Below are positions 41,041 to 54,800 of a stretch of 64,000 nucleotides of DNA, in pieces; position 1 is the stretch's first letter; every line of letters begins with the position of its first letter. This DNA is from Sphaeroforma arctica JP610. Lineage: Eukaryota. The notes below the pieces were generated by a model. It made no database searches. It saw nothing but the letters and a program-made list of their open reading frames with translations, and was not told the origin of the DNA. The position numbers and the translations under genes were made by a program. The stretch covers positions 110,671 to 174,670 of the forward strand of contig NW_014040521.1 of the NCBI RefSeq assembly GCF_001186125.1, read 5' to 3'.

Positions 41041-43814
41041 TATTTAAGAGCCTATTTTAACCACTTTCATCAGTTCCAAGTGTTTATAGTGATAGTTTCC
41101 GCTATATTCGGATATGCACGCACACCATCTCATATGCTGTGGTAAAAAATACGAACTCCTCACACACGTGTGCGTTAGTTGTCCTCCAAGAATAACATAC
41201 CAGATCCGATCCGACGATTCTATATTAGAGAAGCAGATTGCAATGTTTCTTTTGTGCAAGATTATGCATATCCTATCACCTGTGTCGTCGATGTGCGATT
41301 GTCTCATAACGTCCTTGCTGAACCATCCGCACTGTGTCGTATGTGAGAACACGGCCACAGATGATCGTAAAACCAAATCTTTGGCGGACGCCACCGCGGC
41401 GCTATGTGTCATCACATTTTTTCCATTATCGGCCACAAATCGTGAATAAAATATGTAGCAAATTTTCTTTTCTATAAAAATAAAAAATCTAAAAAGATAA
41501 ATTTTGGAAGTGCCCATTATGTGGCTCTGGGGCCAGCAGTGAAGTTCTAACCTGTAAAAGAACGTGCGTGTGTGTAGTTATACCGTCCGGTATGCTTTCA
41601 GTTTAAGCATATTTAGGATCAGTATGTGGCGATATTAGCTGCTACAATGGCTACGAAGGCTCTTCGCACTGGTTCTGACCTTTTTTTTGTTCGCTTGAGG
41701 ATGTATGTTTTCCGTTGTATCCTATAGCACACAACGTGGTGTTTAGTATCAATAACTCATGTAGGAGTGAGAGATCTGCGTGTTTCGACTCTTTTTCTGA
41801 TATTTTTATGGTACATCATGTTCGAATATTGTATGGTTAGTATATAAGGGCCTTGTTACTATGAGTCCAGAGGTGTCAAACAATTTCAGCGTTGTTGCTT
41901 TGCTCGGGTCACATATAGACTTACCGTTCGGCGTTGCCCACATTTTCCGCGCAATCCATTGGCCAAATTACTTGACAGATAGAAGCTAAAGGTAGAGGAA
42001 CCTATCTATAAACGAATTACTCTTCTCAGTGCTTGTGCTGATTTCTTATGGTACTCTCAAAAACGAGTTGAGTCCGACCATAAACACAGCCTTTCTGTGT
42101 CCAAACAGAGATATAGAAATACGTGATTTGCTGTACAACTATTTCGACAATCAGGTGATTGTGAAATTTTATATAAGTAAAGCCTAACTAGCGGTCATAT
42201 ATGCCTACTTGTATTGAAGTGTGTCTCATTGTGGGGTAGCCGAAGTTCACAGCTCTCATGTATCTAAGCTGAGAAATATATTTATGCGACGTGCTGGGTG
42301 TTGGTTCTAACGGTCAGATCACTGGGAGTTCTCATACTAAAAGTGGATGCTTAGTAGCAATTATCCATGTCGGCTTTTAATCGAGTATTTATACACTAAG
42401 GCTTGTCGAAGTTCTTGCTTACTAAAACTTATTTGTAGTATGCCTATTTGTGCTTAAACAGTAAAAACTAGGCAGAATGGGTATAGCACGGAAAAAGTAG
42501 TTATCCAAATTGAAATTTTGTACACCCCATAGCCCATAAAGTCTCGCTTTGTGTTTTTCTTTCTAAAACAGATACTTCGATGACTTGCAAAGGCTAATAT
42601 TCGCACGAGTTGGAAGTAGGGCACTACGTGCTGTCCACATACCCATATAAGTCCTAAAAAAATAACTGACATGCTTTTAGTTATTGGTAAATGTTTTAGT
42701 GTAGAAGTACAATCACTCTGCAAAGAGAACACAGATGGATCATGAAAAGGTGAAACAGGGGGAGTAGACAACGCCGCTTTCATACAGCCGGCATCTGTAC
42801 GCTGAGACTGATATCTCCTCTCGATTTTTGCTACGTGACTGATAGTTTATAATACTATAGCACTTTGTATTTCATCACCGGCTTGCACGGATAGCGACGA
42901 TAAGCCTTGGGATCCGGGAGATACAGATGAAAATCAGCACCGCATAAACATCAATGCATCCTAGCATGCACAGAGAAAGTAGACCGCGAGGTGTCATCAA
43001 TTGATTGGCGACCGTATGATTGCTCAATACAGATGAGGATTACGTTGCCAAGAATATACCTTCTGTTCAGTCTGTGACTGGAAATTCTCCAAGAAAATCC
43101 CTCATCAATACTTTTTTTAATAAAGCGGATATATGTAGCATCCCAATACGATTGCATCTGATGAATAGGTGTGAGTGGATTTTACAAACGTTGCAACTAG
43201 ATACTGCACAGAACATCCCATTACCTGTTCTAGTATACAATTTAATAAAACTCATTTAAAATTAACGCCTCCTGCTAGGAACAAATAAGAATCCATATAT
43301 GGGTGGTTTAGGAGGTCTGTGCAACTAAAATGCGCACATATACTCTTTGACCACTCTACGAGGCGATCGGTCCGTGTTCTTTACGATAATATTTTTTATT
43401 GGTGCACACGTACACGATGAGATAGAACAGGTAGTTAACCGTTCTACCACACCGATCTACGACATGCTCATCAGGTGTAGCTCGGAGAAATCTATCACCA
43501 ACGATAATTATGTATTTTGACAGCGGTGCCTGTCTTATTATATATTAAATTTAAAGTGCTCGTCGCAGACATCAGCACTGCCCAATAGTGTAGACCTATA
43601 AGCAAAAGTTCATATTTGTAATGTAGCACGTATGGATCACAACCCATTGTAGTGTACAGCACCCCGCCATTTCGGGTTTGTGAGGCACCACCCTATAGAT
43701 TCTGGAGCACCCCAGTCAAGTACGAGTGCCTATTAAGCTGATATAGGCTGTAGAGTATTTCTCGAAGCATCCCGATAGATCTCCGCCAGTGGTGGGCGCT
43801 AGGTTGTCTCGGAT

Positions 43815-45364
43815 TCAAATAAGTGCCAATACTTGTTGCGTAGTTACAATTTCGACGCCCTGTTTCAGCGATGAAAAATTGATACTGTGAGTGGGGGCAA
43901 CTCAATAAAGTGGACAGGCATTTAAAACACAAATGCTCCGACTCAATTCGGAATAGTGTGAAGCCAAAAACAAGAGAGCTTTAATGCAAGCCATCTGTTC
44001 ACGGAGCTGTTTGTATTCATGATTTCGTGACGGCACGATATATAAACTTCAACACAAACTAGTTCCAACTTTCATGTAGAGCCCACCACGAGCCGAGTTG
44101 TCCAGACAGACTATGACAAAGGCGTACAAATCCTGGAGTACATTCTATCCAAATACATGGCGCCCCTACAAATACACCAGTGGCGGGGATAGTGCTCGTA
44201 TGTGAACACTTTGTGCGTGTCGGCATGCTTTGCACACACATGTTACTCGAGGTCTTGCGCGGACTCACCGCATCTACCATCTTCTGCACTTCTTTGTCGA
44301 CATATCCGGGCGGGCTGTCTATGCCGCGACAAGCCTCCAGAACGAGATACACCTTGTATCCGAGTTTCCTAGCGTCCAGTGCGGTGTAGCACACACAGAA
44401 ATCTGTAGCTAACCCGCAAACCACTACGCTTTGCTATAAAATTAGGGGGGAGGGGGAAATATGGTTTGCATCATGCTGGAGCAGATTGTTGCGAAATTCA
44501 CAGGTGCTGGCATTCGAGTCAAAATTGAACATACCGTGTTCGCGGATTTCAAATACAAATCCAGGCCAGTGTCGTTGTGTTCCTGATTATCGAAGAAGCC
44601 ACTGTAGCTATCCATGTGCTGCTTGATGCCCTTTCTCAATATCTGTGCACGATTGGAAATTACAAATCGAACACTAAAGAACAGTTTGAACCGACTAGAA
44701 TCTACGCAACTAGATATATACAGTAAATCCATTAATACTTGCAACCGGCACTCACCTTAGTGACTTTGTCTTGCGGAAGATCGTCGTGCAACTCCGCACC
44801 TCGTGACTCTTGTACGCAATGATCCGGCCACATCACCTGGTCGATGCCCCCAAGTGTTCCCATGCTGAATACATCCTTGCCATGAGCGCTGGCAAAGCTT
44901 CCTGTGTGGTTGTTCGTTCGCATAAGCTACACATCATGAAAAACACCAACACATGAAGCACACCATAGATCTCACCTCTTCATCCCTCACTACACTAGCG
45001 GTCTCTGATCTATGGCATTTCCAACAAACACTCACCATGACCTGCCGGGTGCCAGTCTTGGGTTGCGACTACAATTCTTTCTTTCTCGTTGAACCCATTC
45101 ACAAGGCGAAGGACGTGCGGGATTATCTCATCCCCTCCCGGAACAGCCAGACTTCCGTCCGGTAAGAAATCGTACTGGAGGTCAACGACTAAAAGGGCCG
45201 TGCTTTGCGACGAGCTCCTGAGTCACGAAACGAAAGGGCGGGAGTTTTAGTTCTGCTATTGGTGTCGCTCAAGTATCAAGCAGGTTCAGAGTTGTCTTAT
45301 GAAGGGTTGCATGCAGCAAATTGTTCGCCTACGAGTAAAGATGTAGATTAGTAGATGTGCACAT
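43815..45364 (-). CDS. PNC1: Nicotinamidase/pyrazinamidase (isochorismatase family), multi-exon
   Basis: ALLVVDLQYDFLPDGSLAV, TQDWHPAGH|SFAS, WPDHCVQ, LRKG...DSYSGFFDN, VCGLATDFCVCYTALDA (D-K-C triad), last exon GVEIVTTQQVLALI* (43859-43815). Start exon tentative. Confidence 0.92.
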
Positions 45365-45589
45365 AGTTACAGCTGGATTCACGGGATTCGGTGCAATGCG
45401 GAAAGATTTTAAAACGAGCAATGCTTGTAAACACAGAATCATGTACGACCATTGCGATTCTGCGATGACCGACAATATAAAATCCCCTTACAATCAGGTA
45501 CGGAATGTAAATAATTCAGTAGTAAATGTATGGAAATCTTGAAACATGCACCTTAAATAAAAGGTATATATACATATTCATGCTTGGAC

Positions 45590-45703
45590 AAATATACATA
45601 TATACATAATACATACATACATATACATACATACACAAATAGCATACATACATACATACATACATACATACATACANNNNNNNNNNNNNNNNNNNNGTGT
45701 GTG

Positions 45704-45757
<54 letters not shown>
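45590..45757. repeat. (TACA)n/(TG)n microsatellite with N gap
   Basis: Directly visible. Confidence 0.95.
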
Positions 45758-45758
<1 letters not shown>

Positions 45759-46869
45759 AATTAACTATGTCACAATACAAAGGAATGACTACGATATACA
45801 AAGGAATAGACGTATTCGATTACAAATAATATTCGTTTTCTCTGTGCAGGCAGACCACTTTGAATACTATATAGTATGTCTACTAGGTAAGCCTCATGAA
45901 AAACTGTACCGGTCTCTCTACAATACCTATTGGAGACTTGCAAACGTGTTTCTGTTCGACTGTCGTACTTAAAATATTAATACTCGCTCAAAGATTACTT
46001 CTTCTCAAAATTTGAATTCAATGTTTACAATCGAAAAGCCGGCTAAAATATTCCAATAAAAAAATACATATACATAGACAATTCGCCGATGGCAGCCAGG
46101 TCGAGTGGATATATATTCGCTCTGTATTTCATATACTCCGGAGTCATTTTTATCACTCATACGCTTGTCAACGGCATTCAACGGTCTTCAACCTTACTAC
46201 GAAGTAATTTTAATGCTCTCATCGACAACTGAGCATTGCCGAGAATATATTTCACCAGAAATGTGAGACTTCGCTGACATACAGCCCAAATCTTATTGTC
46301 GGGTTGCGTAGCTTGAGGTTCCGTGCCTCACTAATATATACAAGACTATAAAGAAATTGTGTTTTTGGTCTCTCGCCAGGCGTCGTGTGTGGTTTAATGG
46401 CCGGAAGTCCAAACCTCCCATCCCCCCTCTCAGGTTTTGTCTGTTTTTCCGATACTTAATATTTATCGCTGAATAATAATCATGTAGCTCTGCTTAGCAG
46501 TCGGCTGGGACGATTTGTAATGACCAGTATACTCTAGGAGGGATACGATTGCATTTTTTGTAATCTATCTAACCTCAAGTGGTTTGAGAGAGGAAAGCCA
46601 TACAAATATTTAAATTGAACTTGGATGTGTCAGCCATTTAAATCAAATTTGCACCATTTTTTGTTAGCGATGATGAAATGTGAGCAAAATTGAAAGGCGG
46701 ACAGCTACAAAAACAAATAATAAAATATGTTTTAAAAGGCTAATGACAAAGCTGTTCATCAGGAGCTCATAAATTTTTACAAGTGACCATGAAGTGAATA
46801 CCCAACGATTTAGTTATCATGATAGAGTAGACTGTACAGCCCGATAATCTAATAGCTTCCAATACGAAT

Positions 46870-47880
46870 ACACACTGTTGGGCTGCGCATCGTTGATTAG
46901 ACATCTATTCGAAAACAGGCAGCTCTCTGGCTGAGGGACCAACATACAAGGTGTGAAAGGTCAGATCCTATATAGTATAAAATATCATACAACAGCTCGC
47001 TTGGTATCTAATTCATCAGTTTGCCAGATTAATTTATACATCATTCCGACCAGATATTGAATACACAGGTCAAAGACGAACATGGACTTAATAATAATCA
47101 AATAATTGAAATTGCCACGCGTCAGCAGTGCATAATACTTGCAATGTGTTAACCACAAACGGCCTGTTGCAAGTACTAAAAGGCTATAAACACAAATAAC
47201 ATTTTTGGGTAAAGATTGCAACCATCCTATATAGTATAACATATCATACAACAGCTCGCTTGATATCTAATTCATCAGTTTGCCAGATTAATTTATACAT
47301 CATTCCGACCAGATATTGAATACACAGGTCAAAGACGAACATGGACTTGATAATAATCAAATAATTGAAATTGCCACGCGTCAGCAGTGCATAATACTTG
47401 CAATGTGTTAACCACAAACGGCCTGTTGCAAGTACTAAAAGGCTATAAACACAAATAACATTTTTGGGTAAAGATTGCAACCTCGTCTATTTCATGCTAG
47501 CAAAGATTTTCCGCAAGGCTAAACAAATAAACACTGTTGGACGCAATGCATATCGCTGATAAGACATCTGTTTGGAGACATGCAGACCTTTGGCTGAAGG
47601 ACCAGTGTACAGGGTCTGATCCTGTATAGCATAAAATATCATACAAATCCCTTGATATCTAATTGATCCTTAGCCAAATCAAACTATATGTCATTCAGAC
47701 CAGATGTTGAATAGACAGGTCAAAGGTGAATATTTGTTAATGATCAAATATTTGAAATTGCCATGCGTCAATTGCGTATAATACTTGCACTGTACTAATC
47801 ACAAATGGCCTGTTGTAAGTGCCAAGGGAATGGTTGGACAGAAAAGTGATTTTTGAGAAAAGTTTGCAGCCTAGTCAATA
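46870..47880. repeat. Tandem duplication: two near-identical ~260-bp copies plus a diverged third copy
   Basis: 46964-47222 matches 47224-47481, giving duplicated ORFs. 47530-47870 is a diverged copy that includes the upstream part. Confidence 0.9.
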
Positions 47881-48863
47881 TTTCCTAAATAGTCAAGATT
47901 TCCCACCGACTATTATTGACCATCGAGTGTATACAGTAACAAATAGTCCCAAGTTGCACGAAAGCTTTTATGGAAAAGTAAGCGGTTCGGTATAAATGTA
48001 TGAGGAGGTGTGTACAAAAATTGAGGTCCGAACTATCTATTCTAAACTACTAGTACTACTAGTGTTCTCTTGCATACTATCTTTGTACATGTCGAGTTCA
48101 CTGTGATGTGCAGAGTAAATATAATTTCGGCATATATTATATTCTGCAATTGGAAGTTTCCGAATTTTACTTTTTACCGCAGACGAAGTTGCTTCTGACT
48201 CACACGCGCTATTGTTCCACTACCAGGCAAATACACGGCTTTCCTGATTACAAGTTGCGCTGAATATTCCTCTCCGGCTTGGACTTCCCATTTATTCAGC
48301 ACCACACCTTTCTGTTTAACTATCTAAAGATATATCTACCTATATAAATTGGTTCCTTTGGAGTTTTGAATTTTGAAGACTCGAGTACACTATATTGTCA
48401 TATATTCTTAGATTCATGGCATCGGCGTTACATATATCACCAACAAATTGACGGTTCAGCTAGCAGCCGAATTCTGCAAAAGATAAAACCACATTACATA
48501 ATCCTGGAACTAGAAAATCAATAACGTGTGTGTATTTAATTGCTTATTTCGATTGAATCGCGTGCAGATAGTGACAACAGTCGTGATGGGACATCTTAAG
48601 TTAACAGTAAACGCTCAATCACTACATCGAAAATATAGCCAGTGAACCTCAGGGATGAGTTACAGGTACCAGAGGTGATACAAGTAATTAGAAGCCGACT
48701 ATACGTACCATAAAACAGGAAAGCCTAAGCATTACAACAGCAACACGTTAACAATAACTAAAAAGCCAAGGACACAATCACTCAGAAAAAAGGTATAATT
48801 TGAATGATACGAAGCGACACTGATATCCACTTGATAATAATTTACATGCATTTTTATAACAGC

Positions 48864-49487
48864 AGTCAAGCACTACAGTTAGATCGCACCGTTCTGGTGA
48901 ATATATATATATGAAAATATAGAAAGCACGACACCATATATGCCATTATTGCGCAATTTCAAGCTGTCGTGCTTTCCCATGACTTAGTTATCGACTTAGG
49001 TAAAATATTGGAACACTGGGCGTTGACTCTGGTATAGGGTTGATATGGTTCGTGAGTTACGTTCAGCCAAGGTGATGCCTCAAATATGTATTCAAATATA
49101 ATAGTTGTTGTCTTTTAACTTGGCCCTGCAATCAATGGCTCGAATCACATTCTGGTATTAGTCTCTGAAATCTCGAAGTCAAGCACTACAGTTAGATCGC
49201 ACCGTTCTGGTGAATATATATATATGGAAATATAGAAAGCACGACACCATATATGCCATTATTGCGCAATTTCAAACTGTCGTGCTTCCCCATGACTTAG
49301 TTATCGACTTAGGTAAAATATTGGAACACTGGGCGTTGACTCTGGTATAGGGTTGATATGGTTCGTGAGTTACGTTCAGCCAAGGTGATGCCTCAAATAT
49401 GTATTCAAATATAATAGTTGTTGTTTTTTAACTTGGCCCTGCAATCAATGGCTCGAATCACATTCTGGTATTAGTCACTGAAATCTC
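48864..49487. repeat. Near-identical tandem duplication, ~313-bp unit
   Basis: agtcaagcactacagttagatcgcacc... starts at ~48864 and ~49177. Confidence 0.92.
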
Positions 49488-49979
49488 AAACGATCCGTTT
49501 TCGTGATGCTGGGATATTCAAATTATCTAACATAAGATAGAAGAAAGAAATCATTTCTGATTGTCTCTCTGACCGCACAACTATAAAATCATCGATGCAG
49601 TGCTCATATATCGCGACCGATCTCTTATTGAGAAATCGGTTCACTTTGTTTGTTTATTTTTCGTGTGGCGCACAATAAAAAGCAGCTGGTAGTGGTGACT
49701 GGCGCATGTATGTGTGCAAACCAATTGTTTGAACTAGCATATTGATAAAAAGAAACGATATCGAACAATACAAATCTTGTGATGCAATTGAGCCGTAAAA
49801 TTAAATGGCTTGTATAGTCTAAAAGAAAGTGGACAGCCATTGATTGCTTCTCCTACCGCGTGACTAACGCACCATTGCTCTAGTGATCATATATAGCAAC
49901 GGGCATATTGTTGAGACATCGTTTCATCTCAGCCTGTAGAGTATGGAGAGTAGCTGAAAGGTGCGAGCCAATGAATACA

Positions 49980-51860
49980 ATAGACCTATTCTCAAGTACG
50001 ATTCTCTCAGCTAGGAAAAGTCCCTAGTCCGAGAGAATTGAACTGAGTCTTTATTTGTGGTTTCAAATTCACTAGACTCAGGTTTCTACTTGAGTGTTTC
50101 TCTCACACGCGGAGTCCCGGTATAGCTTACCGGTTCTACCGCTACTATTTCTGATAACTCTAATATTAGGAATATCTGAATCCTAATTCCAAAATAGGAT
50201 TTGTATTGGCTTTTTGGTAATCTGGACCCTAGATGTTACAAGCCTTTTGTGTACCTTCCAGTAATATCTGGCGCAACCCACTATATACACCAGAGCTATA
50301 GCCAAATGCAATCAGCAATATTCAGATGTCCAAACATTGAGGAAATACTTTTAGATTAGCGTTGGGGCGGCAAGGTGTTAAATTTAAAAATCTTGACTCT
50401 CCATTTAGTAGGCTATGTGAAATGTACAAAAGAAACAGTAGACCTCTTCTCAAGTACGTTTATATCAGCTAGGAAAGGTCCGTGGTCTGAGAGAAGCAAA
50501 CTGAATCTTTATTTATGATTTGTATTTTCCAATTCACTATACTCAGGTGTATACTTGAGTGTTTCTATCACACGCGGGATTCCAATATAGTTTGCTGGTT
50601 CTACCGATTTAGATCCGAGCCCAAAACTCAGTATTTAATGATTCTGTGGTTTAATTTTTGTGTTGGCTTTTTGATAATATGGTCCATAGATGCTACACGT
50701 GTTACGTATATTGAAATAGTTGGTCGCATGTGAAAGAAAAGTAAGATACTACCTGTTGAGCTGAATGTTGTTACCATCCACTTTGTCTTCACCGCATGAA
50801 TACATATATCACACTGGTGTGTGAAGTGTTTCATCTCGCAAAGAAGTCGAAAATATGACAAATTTAGCCCTTCACGGTATGCTCACTCACAACTCGACCT
50901 GTCTTGTCCTTGGGTTTGAAGCGATTTATGCGCTTCTCCAGCTATCACGATGCATGTCTACTTAGTCTGGTGCACGAGTGATATATAAAACTGCTGCTAA
51001 TAGTCGTTGGGTCATAAAAGAATATTCAGAGCTGCTGTTTGCTTCCCTCGGGACCCGATAACGATCTGTTAATTCCGGGTTCCATATCACAAAGAAGTCG
51101 AAAATACGACAAATCTAGCCCACTATGTTATGCTTACTCAGTCGACCTCGATTCTCGATGCATTAAAGAGGTTATGCAGTGTTATTGAGATTGTAGTCGA
51201 TTATGTGCTCCTCCAGCTATCACGATGTATTTATATTTAGTACTGTACACCAGTGATATGCAGAACTGATGCTATTCGTCGTTGGTCATAAAAGGACAAT
51301 ATGAGCTGCTAAATTCTCTCCTCATGATCCTGTACCTACTTGAGGGATTCATTTTCAAATCTAATCCCCCACGGGTCTATCACAGACCCAGAACAAAGAA
51401 GTTGCGGGATTCAATAGGCATTTTGAAGGTTACTAGCTGCTGGCGATTTCAAATTTAGTTACGTGTATTTCTTAACAATATTCTTAAGATGGATAAGTAA
51501 AATAAGTAAAAACCAAAGTGTCTTGTACCACATAGAAGTCAAAGATTTATTACACTGACTCACCACGACTAACACCAGGACAGTTTGAAATACTGTGCCG
51601 ATGAACAGCTATCGAAATACCAAAACTATAATCACACAATGTATTAAACACCGTGTAGGTCTTTGATAGACCGCTTGACGGTCTTTGTATGAAAATCCAG
51701 GGCAGCTATCTGTTTTCATGCGAGTATTAGAGTAACTGGAAGGTACGACCATAAGAAATATTACACCTCTTCTTTGGTGTCACAGTCTAAGGGGAGCGCG
51801 CTGAGTCTTTATTTGTGTTTTGTGTTTTTTAATTCACTAAGCTCGGGTTTCCATTTTAGC
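49980..51860. repeat. Cluster of diverged direct repeats (49980-50240 / 50440-50700 / ~51760-51860; 50835-51050 / 51085-51320)
   Basis: Recurring blocks tagacct.ttctcaagtacg, ctgagtcttt.atttgtg, aaagaagtcgaaaata.gacaaat and ctccagctatcacgatg. Confidence 0.75.
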
Positions 51861-54800
51861 CGGTGTTCTCGGCATATTGTTGATGACTCGAATACTAGGA
51901 ATAGATATCTGGGCCTGTGCCGGAAACTCGGGATTCAGGATCCAAGAATCCTTGGGGTTGTGTTCTATTGACGTCACTTTATGGATTGCCTTTTCTAGTA
52001 CCTAGATCTTACATACATTGAAAGCGCCAACCACACCCTCCATGATATTCAAAAAACAAAACTTAAACTATTGTGAGTCCACGATCGCGAAGAGAGCAAA
52101 TATATATAGAATCGTGAGTCCTTGGAACAGGGATGATATTATTTATTTCAATCTGAGATAAATTATCATGTGTCTACATGCGCATCAGGCTGCATATTCG
52201 TCGGATATGTTCTGGGAAGATTGAAGAGAAGGTAGTAATGTCGAAGTACCGCGAGAAACTACGGGCGAGTAAAGCAACGATGGAGGATATTACGGTGCGT
52301 TGATTCGTGACGATGAAAAAAGAACACTTCCACTATTGGGTGGGAGCTAAAACTCGTGTACCATTGTCTGACATGTTAGAAGCACATGTTTACATAAATC
52401 TTAAATATGGAATACGTGCAAATCAGAAAGAAAAAATAGTGATGACAAAAATTGCTAAAAAATGTAAGAGCTGTGGTACTTTATAGTAGACAAGTAGGTC
52501 GGGTTTTTTTAATGAAATAGTTTTCTACTAACCATTGAATGTATGTATGTACGGCAGTGTGTTAGACTGTCAGTGTGTCAGACCTGAAGGAACACTTAAA
52601 TACAAATATAACAATCACAGAGCAAAAAAACATACGTGAATACAATAGAACAGTGAGAGTCTTCATGGCCAGCCAACTAGATTATCCCATCTATGCATCT
52701 AATGGAGTGGAGAGCTAGCTTCAAAGAGACGGGCTTCTGTGTGCGGCAAGTCTCTGCACCGACTTGGTGTTCTACATATTTAGATTATATTTTCGTTCAT
52801 TAAGTTGGTTTTATATATATATATATATATTTGCAGCCGTGGACTTATCTGATCGGACATATATTTGAAGTGTTGTTAACATCTGAAATAAATATAGAAC
52901 GAGGTATGTGATAGGAGCGGCACCGTATAGATCAGTGTCTCATCTTATTTCCCCCTTCTCTTTTAAGTTACCACCAAGAGCTAAAGGTAAACAGCATGGT
53001 TAGAAATATAGACCCCAAAAGCATGATAAGAAGATTTGAGAGGCCTCATAAAGGTAACCAATCGTTGAAGATCCTTACAACTGTATAGCCAAGGTGGCCA
53101 AAGGATTCTTCGATAACCCTCATTCTACATCTTAAGTAAAGTTCAAAAAGCGATCCTTGAACCACCCCTCATTAAATCGAACAATGTTAATCTCAACTAA
53201 CTGCGATAATCGCCGTGATAGTTCAGAATTTACAAATCAAGGGGTATTGTGCTCCCAGTTATCCTCGGATATAGCGAAAATTGCTAACAGCTGACTAGCC
53301 AAATAAACATACAGGGTGCCAATTACACCAAAAACCCCCAGATGTATCTTGCGTTGTTCCTCACGAGCAAGTGAATACATTTGTGAACTACGTCCTACTA
53401 TTAATACACCTACGATGGTTCAACCCCTTTAGGTTAACGAACCAGACTCTTAAGATAGTGCAACCGATTCCACGCTGCTGTGAAACACACAAGTACTAAT
53501 TACAATGAAGAAATCTGTACAGCTGACTACCCCTTAAACGATAATCCTATCCGTTTCTTATATTCGACATTGTATCCACTTATGCAATATTGTCGCGCCA
53601 TCATTGTCACTTATATGAGATTGCTATGAGTAAATTTGTACGATCACATCTATACAGATTAAGAAGAGCCCATCGTAAACGTTGTATCTCACCACGTACA
53701 ACCAATCACTTTCCTGTGGGCAATATACCATACTCGGCTGCCTCTTATGACCAGCCGTACACTAAGTATTCAATCAGATATTGTAAGAATCTGGAGACAT
53801 ATACAATAGCTTTTGATACTCCTCGTTCTATGTATGCTTCATGTATTCGATCGCATTTGTGTCAATTCAGCATCGTCTGATCGGGAATCATTTAGACAGG
53901 ATAAAATTGTTTCAGAATAAATAAAACGTAAAAGTTGAAATTAAAGTGAACGGCGACACTGTTATCATCGATTCAACAGAGTCTCTGGGAGGTTACTCTG
54001 ATGTAACATCTAGGTACTAGGATAGCTCAAAAACCACAACTCATATGAGACAGGTCAAATATATTTACGATATTGAGTCATTAGATGTGAAGCGGGACCG
54101 GTAGACATTCTCTAAGTCCCACATGACAGAAGAGTTCACTATTAATAAAACCTCAATACGGCTACATTTAACTGGAACAATTTATTAGCTGAGATTAGAC
54201 ATACTTGAGAAGTTGTCTGTTGTTGTTGCTTACGGTCGTATATTCCTAACTACTCTCATACTCTACACTGAGTTGTATGACAGGTTCTATGTATACCACA
54301 TTAGTGGATTTCGACCAATCGTGAGATCGAACAATAGGTACATTTGAAGTTCAGACAGTAAGTGATTCGTTAATATCGAATCTTGCAAATAAGCAAAATC
54401 CATACATATTTGAAATGTATCATAACAGTAAATAATAGTCCAAAAAGGTATTATTAGACCTTTTTAGTAGTAAATGCGTCAGCTAGGCCACACATTGTCA
54501 TAGTAAGCGCGGGTAGTACTGGACTCGGCGCAACTTAATTTTCTCTGGCCGTAGTAGTCCATGAATGAGATACTATGAATATGCCTAATGCTGACACATA
54601 AACAAGGCCTGTGACTATATTTGGGCGATAGAGCGGTTACACAAAATTAATGAATAAAAAAGCCCGGTGAGGTTATGAATTATTCATTCCCAGTAATCAA
54701 TGTGAAAGTATCTGAAAGTGTAGATGTTTTAGTTAAATATTTACATGGAAACCTCACAATCGGGCATACAAAATATACTCTTAGAGCTTAATTATCACAT

